DNA from: an uncultured bacterium
GTDB lineage: Bacteria > CAYUVA01
Length of the DNA: 26,693 bases
Assembly (NCBI GenBank): GCA_964448115.1
Contig: CAYUVA010000010.1
Location: 62,001 to 88,693, forward strand
Direction of reading: 5' to 3'
The position numbers were made by a program, and so were the translations under genes. The notes below the pieces were generated by a model. The model searched no databases. It saw only the letters and a program-made list of their open reading frames with translations, and was not told the origin of the DNA. Positions 7,273-14,892 of this stretch are shown in pieces (position 1 is the first letter of the stretch; each line of letters opens with the position of its first letter).

Positions 7273-8553
7273 ATGAAGGCTGCAACTCTTTATTCAAGAA
7301 AAATCATTGTATGTAAAAGCTCTTTAACCATTGCCATAATACTTGTTCTATACTTTGACCTCTTATCATCAGCTCAACCGTTATCGAAAAGCTCATTCCA
7401 TACCGGCTACGAGGTAAGCACAAGCGTTGATTATCCCCGCTTCGAGGATATGCCGCTCGATCCGATAGTTCTCGATCTGCCTTATGAATCGGTTGTACTT
7501 TTAGCTCTATGCGTGCCGGACTGCTGGAACGACTCGGCAAAAGGAGCAAGGTTTGCCATCTATCTTGACGGTGAGATCATAGCCCGCGCAGGATTCACCA
7601 GCGGGCAGCCAGAGCAGCGCATACCAGTAACCCTCGTAACCGTTGAGCGCTTGAGCGCTGGAACTCATCTTATCAAGGCTGCCTGGTGTCGTGATGAGAA
7701 ACCTGGAAAGGTTGTTCTCGGCGCCTGGTCGGAGACCAAATTGATCGCCTCGGTGCTCTATGCTGAAAAAACTGCCATTAGCAAACTATCGATAACCAAA
7801 CCTATTACCACCAGGAAAGATTACCCAAACTTCCTGGACATGGGACTAAAACCAATCGAATTGGATCTGTCAAAGGATGGCAATGTTCTATTCACACTAC
7901 AGGTCGGTGATGGATACAACGACGCCAGGGGTGGATACTGGGCAGGCATCGAGGTAGATGGCTCGATGATTTATAAATCTCACACTACCTCGGCCATATT
8001 TGGTCAAAAGATGCCTATATCAATGGTCGTAATAAAGCGACTAACGGCTGGTTCTCACACAATAAAAGCTAACTGGTGTCGAGACAGGCAAGAAGGAACT
8101 GCCTACCTGGGCAATAATGGGGATACCATCCTCACCGCAACCTTGTTATCCGATGAGCAGGCACGGTTTGCCCCGGTCATGCATTCGTGCAAAGGATTTG
8201 ACTTCAGGTCGAGTGCAATATTCCCCGATTGGCAGGAGATCATGATCGAGCCGATCAAACTAAAGCTCGAAAATAGCACAGCGACGTTGCTTGTGTTGAA
8301 TGTTCCCGACTCATGGGACGAGGGGAGCGGCGGGAACTGGATCGCAATCGAGCTTGATGGCAAAGTGGTATGCCAGGGCGTTTACACTATGGCTGCGCAT
8401 CTCCAGAATGTATCAGCCACCCTGTTATCACAGAGCCTATTACAGCCGGGTGAACGTACGATACGCGCCCTTTGGTCCAAGCACTGTGAGTGCGGGGCTA
8501 CCTATATCGGGGGATGGTCTAAGGCTTCACTGTGTGCATTGCCTGTCAAGTAA
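7273..8553 (+). CDS. Secreted protein made of three tandem ~130-aa beta-rich domains
   Basis: Signal peptide (probable cleavage SSA/QP); internal repeats anchored at residues 54, 184 and 317, with shared DG turns and L-x-[AP]-G-x-[HR]-x-I-[KR]-A-x-W motifs. Confidence 0.8.
   Translation: MKAATLYSRKIIVCKSSLTIAIILVLYFDLLSSAQPLSKSSFHTGYEVSTSVDYPRFEDMPLDPIVLDLPYESVVLLALCVPDCWNDSAKGARFAIYLDGEIIARAGFTSGQPEQRIPVTLVTVERLSAGTHLIKAAWCRDEKPGKVVLGAWSETKLIASVLYAEKTAISKLSITKPITTRKDYPNFLDMGLKPIELDLSKDGNVLFTLQVGDGYNDARGGYWAGIEVDGSMIYKSHTTSAIFGQKMPISMVVIKRLTAGSHTIKANWCRDRQEGTAYLGNNGDTILTATLLSDEQARFAPVMHSCKGFDFRSSAIFPDWQEIMIEPIKLKLENSTATLLVLNVPDSWDEGSGGNWIAIELDGKVVCQGVYTMAAHLQNVSATLLSQSLLQPGERTIRALWSKHCECGATYIGGWSKASLCALPVK
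7432..8550 (+). repeat. Three protein-level tandem domain repeats (period 130-133 aa)
   Basis: YPRFEDMPLDPIVLDL / YPNFLDMGLKPIELDL / FPDWQEIMIEPIKLKL; AIYLDG / GIEVDG / AIELDG; LSAGTHLIKAAWCRD / LTAGSHTIKANWCRD / LQPGERTIRALWSKH. Confidence 0.9.
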
Positions 8554-9582
8554 CCAGTTCATGCCACCTTTGATCAGCCTCAGCCAGTAGCCGTTCTGCA
8601 TTGCTAGAAATTATCTTATCGCGGATCTCTGGATGACCCTCCACACCTAGTAACACCTTAGCTAAAGGAAGCATCAGATGATAATAAGGCCAGTCGGAGC
8701 CAAATACTATCCTGTCAGTATCAATCGTCTCTATCATCTCCTTTACCCATTGTGGAGGCTGACCGCTTAGCTCAAGATAGACATTCGGGTACCTCTTTAC
8801 ATAATCCATTGCCTTATCGTATTCGTTGGTTCCAGAGTGTCCTAGAAGTACCGGGCAGTCCTTGAGCGCCTTGATTGCAGGCTCATAACCTGCCATTCGG
8901 GCAAATTTTCGCATCCACTTCTTCTCCTGCCCGCTGACACCGGCATGGAAGATCACCGGTAACTTGGTCTCATTCCACCTCGATAGAACCTTTAGGCTCA
9001 TTTTCCACCNNNNNNNNNNGCGAGGAACTGCACCTCAGGGTGAAACTTCAAGCCCTTGGCTCCCTTTTTAATATGGTCGTCCATGTTCTGCTTCCATTTG
9101 GGATTAAGCGGGTGCACCGAACAATATGGGATCAGCCTTTCATGCCCTGAAATATGGCGCAGGATCATCTCGGAACTCCTGGAGAAGATAGGCAACTCCA
9201 CGGCAAGAACCACGCTTTTTTTTACACCCATACGATCCATCTCCTTGAGCATATTGGGGATAGTATGAGTGGCATGTTTGCCTTTAGCTGTGTAGAGACA
9301 TTTCTTTAGATCATCCTGAACTGCCTCCTCACGGTTTACCAGCATGTTCTTGCCCGAATATAGCTCCATATAGACAGGCTCACCCCTTAGAGCAAAGTAA
9401 TACTCAACATAAGGAGTCTCTCTTGTAAGATCCACCGGGGGAGCAATGAAGTATGTCATGCCCAGGTGGGTGTGGAAGTCAACAATAGGGGGAAGTTCCT
9501 TTGCCGCCAAGAAGGGCATACCGCTCTTTTCAACATCGAAGTACTCCAGGTTAGTCAGGTCAATGCAATTTTTGAAGAACAT
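8546..9582 (-). CDS. Amidohydrolase-family (Amidohydro_2-like) metal-dependent hydrolase; one gene interrupted by the assembly gap
   Basis: The N-half has IVDFHTHLG and GAKGLKFHP; the C-half has LPVIFHAG, LLGHSG and IVFGSDWPY. The two track ORFs change frame across the 10 Ns. SD GGAG upstream of 9582. Confidence 0.88.
9010..9019. other. Scaffold gap (10 N)
   Basis: Run of n characters, probably a placeholder length. Confidence 0.99.
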
Positions 9583-9596
9583 AACAGCTCCAACTT

Positions 9597-11948
9597 TTAT
9601 TTACGAATTTCATCTATCCTTTTGGTTGCCTTTTTATAGTACTCGTGCTCAGGTGGCGCAATCTCAAGCACTTTCATGTATTTGGTCAAAGCTTCCTGGG
9701 GCGCGTGTGGTTCAAGTATATAGCCCTCCCGATAGTATGCCTTGACCTCTCGATCTATCTTGCCTACGCCATTTAAGGCATCCATATTATCGGGCTCGAT
9801 CTTAAGGGCTCTCATATAATAGCGGTAAGCTCCCTTTGTATCACCGGAAGCCATCGCCTGGTTGGCGAACTGTATAAGGCTGCTAACCGCCGTCTCGGCG
9901 TAGGTCTTGTAAAAATAGCTATTCTTTTGGGGAGCTATTTTCATATCTACCAAAACGAGGTCGATCGCCCTTTCTCCAGCAAGGCTCAGATCATCCTGTT
10001 GTTTTGCCTTTTTGAAGCCCTGCAGGTGGTTCAGCATCTCGTTGATCAGATTATTCTTCTCGATAGCCTCCTGTTTGAGGGGATCGCTCCTGGAGATCCT
10101 TAAGTCAAGAGTTTTCTTGTACTCCTTCAAGGCACCCTGTGCATCTCCTTTTAGATATAGGGACATGGCTTGCTTGTTATACCTCTTGCCAAGTGCATAG
10201 GAGGAAGGACCCACAGATTTCGGCTTTTTATCCGGAGCACTCATGGCAAGCTCTGCTTGGTCTATCTTTTTTATAACATCGGTATTGGTTGGATCCACCC
10301 TGAGGACTATGTTGTACTCATCGATAGCATCCGAGTATTGTTTTTGAGCCATGTATTGATCGCCTTTTTCTATATGCTCCTGGACATAAGCATTTATGGC
10401 TGCTTTTATATCACTCTGAGCAGCCGAGTAGTAAACGCTGGTCTCTGGTATCTGTTTGAGTATCTCAGCTCCATCGAGATATAGCTTGCCCTCGATCCTC
10501 ATCTTGCCTTGTTTGTATGTCTGGCGATTCTTCTTCTCTCGGTTGGCGATTTCGAGAAGTTGCATAGCCTCGATATGCTGGGGGTCTATTTCTAGTATTG
10601 CGTTGCACTTGGCGGCGACTTCCTCCCAGTCATGGATGCGATGCGCCTCCTTGGCTTCGTTGAGGTATTGATAAACCTGCGCGCTGATATCGATCTTACC
10701 ACCCATATCTATCGGTATAGAGGGGGTATCTGGACCCAACTGGTTGACTATGAGGTTTCCACCCAAGATGAGCACAAAAATTGCTGCCACGCCGATCAAT
10801 ATGATTCTGAGCTTATTTACCGGCTTTTTATCCTCCTCTTCGTCACCAGTATCCCTTTTCTTCAGGGTGAAGGCTTTACCCGGCTCCACGAACTGAGAAA
10901 CGATCGAGCCGAAGATGATCTCGTCTCCATGCTTGATATCAGCCTCTCCGACCAGCTCTCCATTTACCTTGACGCCATTTAGGCTGTCTTGATCTTGTAT
11001 CCAGTATCTCCCCTCCTCGTGGTAGATGATGGCATGGGTTCGGGAGATCGATTCCTCCTGGATTATGATGTCATTGCCCACCTCTCTTCCGATGGTTATA
11101 ACATCCTTATTTATAGGAAATTCAGAGCCGAAGAATTTCTCGCCAACGATGACCAGCTTTGGATGCTCGCCGGTTTCTTCCTCATCGAGCACCTCGGTGA
11201 AATCGCCCTCTTTTCTTGCCATGCCAGGATCGGTCGCATCGTCCTCATCGATCGTTTTCACTCCCTCTGGCAGGTAGAATCTAAGGTCAAAGCCGCCGAT
11301 CTTTATATCGTTATCGCCGCTTAGCTCCAGTGATTGAACAATCTTTCCATCAACAAAGGTGCCGTTGGAGCTGTTCAGATCCTCGATGTAGTACCTGCCT
11401 CCCTCATGTTTTATCCTGGCATGTCGAGCGGAGACAAGCTTATCATTGAGCCTTATATCACATGCCTTTTCCCTGCCTATTAACAGGGTTTCCTGGCGCA
11501 TATTGTACTGTCTCTCAACTCTTCCTTCCCTCATAACCACCAAAATAGGAAGCGAATAATCGAGTTTCTCTTCCTGCTCTATAGGGGTGATATCCTCCAG
11601 GTCAACATCCTGCTCGCTACCATCGACCTTGACAGCCTTTACCTCCTCGGTTTCTGTCATGTCCGATAGGCTGAACTCGAATCCGAACCTGCCGATGGTG
11701 ATCTTGTCCCCTTCTCGTAATCGCTCGTAGTTTACCTTGATCTTGTTAACGATGGTGCCGGCTTCGCTTTCCATATCCTCGATATAAAAGGCGCCATCCT
11801 CAAAAGAGATACGACAATGTTGGGCAGACACAGAGCTATCCTCGAGGATAATGTCATTATCGTTGCCGCTACCAATGGTGGTTATACCCTTCTTGATGGG
11901 GAATCTTCTCGATTTCTCAGCGTCTCCCAGCAGTATCAGCGTTGGCAT
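9597..11948 (-). CDS. Triple-FHA domain, single TM, extracytoplasmic TPR protein
   Basis: FHA motifs TIGS...VSAQH...DMESEAGT, LIGR...VSARH...DLNSSNGT and TIGR...ISRTH...DQDSLNGV; TM at about aa 381-401; TPR motifs ILEIDPQH, VLRVDPTN and ALKIEPDN. SD AAGGAG. Confidence 0.88.
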   Translation of the reverse strand: MPTLILLGDAEKSRRFPIKKGITTIGSGNDNDIILEDSSVSAQHCRISFEDGAFYIEDMESEAGTIVNKIKVNYERLREGDKITIGRFGFEFSLSDMTETEEVKAVKVDGSEQDVDLEDITPIEQEEKLDYSLPILVVMREGRVERQYNMRQETLLIGREKACDIRLNDKLVSARHARIKHEGGRYYIEDLNSSNGTFVDGKIVQSLELSGDNDIKIGGFDLRFYLPEGVKTIDEDDATDPGMARKEGDFTEVLDEEETGEHPKLVIVGEKFFGSEFPINKDVITIGREVGNDIIIQEESISRTHAIIYHEEGRYWIQDQDSLNGVKVNGELVGEADIKHGDEIIFGSIVSQFVEPGKAFTLKKRDTGDEEEDKKPVNKLRIILIGVAAIFVLILGGNLIVNQLGPDTPSIPIDMGGKIDISAQVYQYLNEAKEAHRIHDWEEVAAKCNAILEIDPQHIEAMQLLEIANREKKNRQTYKQGKMRIEGKLYLDGAEILKQIPETSVYYSAAQSDIKAAINAYVQEHIEKGDQYMAQKQYSDAIDEYNIVLRVDPTNTDVIKKIDQAELAMSAPDKKPKSVGPSSYALGKRYNKQAMSLYLKGDAQGALKEYKKTLDLRISRSDPLKQEAIEKNNLINEMLNHLQGFKKAKQQDDLSLAGERAIDLVLVDMKIAPQKNSYFYKTYAETAVSSLIQFANQAMASGDTKGAYRYYMRALKIEPDNMDALNGVGKIDREVKAYYREGYILEPHAPQEALTKYMKVLEIAPPEHEYYKKATKRIDEIRK

Positions 11949-12016
11949 AGCTCCTTGCCCCCTAGCGGATTAGTTACTACAATAACTATAGATACGAAAA
12001 AATCTACTTGGTTCCA

Positions 12017-12074
12017 TAAGCGTTAAAGATTATACTTGAACAAGCAGGCTTATTCAATTGAAAACGCTTAAGCG
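12017..12074. promoter_or_regulatory. Nested inverted repeats (candidate operator or hairpin) in a divergent intergenic region
   Basis: TAAGCGTT (12017-12024) / AACGCTTA (12063-12070) enclose TTGAACAAGC-AG-GCTTATTCAA (12036-12057, 1 mismatch); a perfect palindrome CGCTTAAGCG lies at 12065-12074. Confidence 0.4.
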
Positions 12075-12097
12075 ATGTACCAGAGGCGAAATTGCTG

Positions 12098-13021
12098 ATG
12101 AAAGCTAGTATTATAATTCCGACCTACAATCATGCCCAATATATTATCAAAGCGGTCGAAAGTGCCTTGAATCAGCGGTTCGAGCATGATTTCCAGGTAA
12201 TTGTGGTCGATGATGGCTCAACAGATGATACAAGAAATGTGTTGCAACCATTTATGAAAAAGATCATTTACCACTACCAGGAAAACCAAGGCTTATCGAG
12301 TGCACGAAATGCGGGTATAAAGCTGGCACATGGTGATTACCTGCTTTTTCTGGATGCAGATGACATCATCGCTGAAGACATGCTCAGGATTATGTTAAAA
12401 GCAATGGAGGATAATCATAAGTTCATCGCAACGGTATGTAAACATAAATATTTTACGGAAACACCCGATACTTGCCATGAAGAACAGGATTTAACTTTCC
12501 AGATCATAAAGCATGGTGATCTGCTGCATCATAATCTTATGCCAATAAATAGTGTCCTATTCAAAAGTGAGGTTTTTGCCAAAGTCGGCTTGTTTGACCC
12601 GAAGTTAACCAGCCTAGAGGACTGGGATTTCCACCTACGAGCTACCATGATCGGTGATTATCTGGTGATAAACAATACCTTGGCTTATGTGCGGAAGCAT
12701 CCCAACCAGATGAGCGCGAACCGAAAAAGGATGTTCAAGGCGACAGTTGATGTTTACCAAAAGGTCATAAAGTACTCTCAAGAATGGCGGGCACAGCTCG
12801 AACATTTGCTGGATAAATCCCCCAACTTCGATGTCTGGTTCTTGATCATGCTTAAAAATAATAAATCAGAGCTTAGGGCACGATTGATACAATGGATTAA
12901 GGCGCATCCTCTTAAGGTGAAACTACCTGTATTCCTGTTGCTTAGTCTTTTAACATACCATCTTGCGATTGGGATCATTTTTGTAAAACGCCAGTTTTTT
13001 CAAGTGGTCAAAGGTATTTAA
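12098..13021 (+). CDS. Glycosyltransferase family 2 (GT-A fold)
   Basis: SIIIPTYN, IVVDDGSTD, NQGLSSARNAG, FLDADD (DxD) and EDWDFHLR. ATG 12098 with GAGG upstream (track start is TTG 12092). Confidence 0.93.
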   Translation: MKASIIIPTYNHAQYIIKAVESALNQRFEHDFQVIVVDDGSTDDTRNVLQPFMKKIIYHYQENQGLSSARNAGIKLAHGDYLLFLDADDIIAEDMLRIMLKAMEDNHKFIATVCKHKYFTETPDTCHEEQDLTFQIIKHGDLLHHNLMPINSVLFKSEVFAKVGLFDPKLTSLEDWDFHLRATMIGDYLVINNTLAYVRKHPNQMSANRKRMFKATVDVYQKVIKYSQEWRAQLEHLLDKSPNFDVWFLIMLKNNKSELRARLIQWIKAHPLKVKLPVFLLLSLLTYHLAIGIIFVKRQFFQVVKGI

Positions 13022-13038
13022 AGGCAAGATAAAATGCC

Positions 13039-14847
13039 CTAGTCCTCATTTTGTTCAGCTTCTTTGATTGGAAGTATGATATTGAAACTCGCTCCCCCTT
13101 CTGGGCGGTTGCGCACCGTAACCAAGCCATCGTGATCCATGATGATCCGCTGAACGATCGCTAAACCCAATCCGGTGCCTTCCTTGTGCCCCTTGACAAA
13201 GGGAGTGAATACTCTATCTATTATTTTTTCTGGAATACCCGGTCCGGAGTCCTCAAAGTTTATTATCATCCGTCTTTGTTGTTCAAGATCGCCAATCACC
13301 TCGGCACTGACCTTGATAACCCCAGTTCCTTCCATAGCCCTGATTGCGTTAGTGAATAGGTTTGTGAACACCTGCGCCATCATGGTCGCATCAGCCCTGA
13401 GATAAGGCAAATCATCCGGGATATCGAGATGTATATCAAGCCTATGTTCCTTGTCTCTTAATAGACACCCTTGTGCTATATCCTCAAGTAACACCTTGAG
13501 ATCGACTTCATCCAGGATCGGCTTTGGCATGTCGGTAAAGCTGCTCAAGCGAACGATTTTCTCTTTGATATAATTGATATTTTTCTCTGTATCTTTAATA
13601 TACTTTACAGGTTCTGAGTATTCAGCATAGAATTCCTCTAGCAGTTCCGCCTCGAGATAACTTAGATTATAGGTGATATTGTTAAGCGGATTGCGGATCT
13701 CATGAGCCAGCCCCTCTATGATGGACTTCCATGCCGATACTTGTTGGTATTGGATAATGCGCATTCTCGCATCGTTCAGATCCCGGATCATGCTATTGAA
13801 TGACCTAACCAGGATACCAATCTCATCGTGGGAGGTGATATCGATTTGTTCGAGATGATCATTAAGGATAACCCGTTCGCTTGCCTCGGAGAGTGCCAAG
13901 ATAGGCTTAGTTATTCTGTTTCCGATGACCGATCCCAGGATCGTCGCAAGAATTATTCCCATTATCCCGGCTATAATAAAGTAAAAAACCATTCTTTTTA
14001 GTGTCTCATTAAGCTGCATGTCATCATAGATAATATATAATGTGGGCTGGTCGGATGGCGCTGGAATACCTTTTTTGCTGGTTATTTGGTGCACAATGTT
14101 TAAAAGAGCTATCTTTTCTACAAAGTACGACCTGTCGTTGCCCTTCACCCTTTTATCTATGACTATCGAGTACGGAATGCTTTGAATAACATGTTCCGGG
14201 ATCGGTTCATTCGCATAGGCGGCTAGATACCCGGTATCTTTTTGCATTAGCGCAAGGTCAGCTCCTAACAGCTTGGCATAGCCTTGCAATTGTCGTTGAT
14301 CGAACTTGATGCCACCGCAAATAATAAGCTCCATATCACCGACTTTCACAGGCAAGGATGCCTGAAGGCTAATACTGGCTTCGTTATAGATCTTTTCCAT
14401 TCTGAAAAAAGGAATACCGGGATAGGTTCTGGCTGCATGCAGATCCAGTGAGTCTGTTTCGGTTATCTTGCCCGGCTCATGTCCGCTGGAGAGAACCACA
14501 CCCTCATCATCCAGGATATCGAGAAGGGTTAGGTTGTATTTTCGCATAAGCGTCTCTGCAGTATTCCATGTATAATCGGGATTATGAGGATCTGAGGCTA
14601 ATAATCTCAGTTGTTCATCAGTTACTATTCTGTCCAAGTTATGCTCGATCTCCCTTAGTTGTTGATTAAGCTGCAGCTTGATAAGCTCAGCGGAGTGATG
14701 CAAGCGAGCGTTAAGCTGTGCATAAAATATCTTGGAAATGTGCCTATAGACCAATAGCAGAGTTACTAACAGGGCGATGACTACAACCGCGGATATGGAG
14801 AGAACATATTTATGCTTAAGGCTGTTTATAAACGGTATCTTCAACAC
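13039..14847 (-). CDS. Membrane sensor histidine kinase (2 TM, Cache-like sensor, HAMP, HisKA, HATPase), NtrY-like
   Basis: HAMP ITKPI...DEIGILVRSFNSM; H-box AWKSIIEGLAHEIRNPL; N-box QVFTNLFTNA; G1 EDSGPGI; G2 GTGLGLAIV. Confidence 0.92.
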   Translation of the reverse strand: MLKIPFINSLKHKYVLSISAVVVIALLVTLLLVYRHISKIFYAQLNARLHHSAELIKLQLNQQLREIEHNLDRIVTDEQLRLLASDPHNPDYTWNTAETLMRKYNLTLLDILDDEGVVLSSGHEPGKITETDSLDLHAARTYPGIPFFRMEKIYNEASISLQASLPVKVGDMELIICGGIKFDQRQLQGYAKLLGADLALMQKDTGYLAAYANEPIPEHVIQSIPYSIVIDKRVKGNDRSYFVEKIALLNIVHQITSKKGIPAPSDQPTLYIIYDDMQLNETLKRMVFYFIIAGIMGIILATILGSVIGNRITKPILALSEASERVILNDHLEQIDITSHDEIGILVRSFNSMIRDLNDARMRIIQYQQVSAWKSIIEGLAHEIRNPLNNITYNLSYLEAELLEEFYAEYSEPVKYIKDTEKNINYIKEKIVRLSSFTDMPKPILDEVDLKVLLEDIAQGCLLRDKEHRLDIHLDIPDDLPYLRADATMMAQVFTNLFTNAIRAMEGTGVIKVSAEVIGDLEQQRRMIINFEDSGPGIPEKIIDRVFTPFVKGHKEGTGLGLAIVQRIIMDHDGLVTVRNRPEGGASFNIILPIKEAEQNED

Positions 14848-14892
14848 GAGCGGACTTTTTTATCTTTGGGCAAATATTAAACCTCAGGATAA

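Noticed and set aside
8998-9020. Apparent frameshift, split gene or TGA recoding in the amidohydrolase
   Set aside because: The frame change falls exactly across the 10-N scaffold gap and the halves carry complementary motifs, so this is an assembly artefact.
13011-13040. Weak hairpin between the GT2 and kinase stop codons
   Set aside because: The stem is too short and imperfect to call a terminator.
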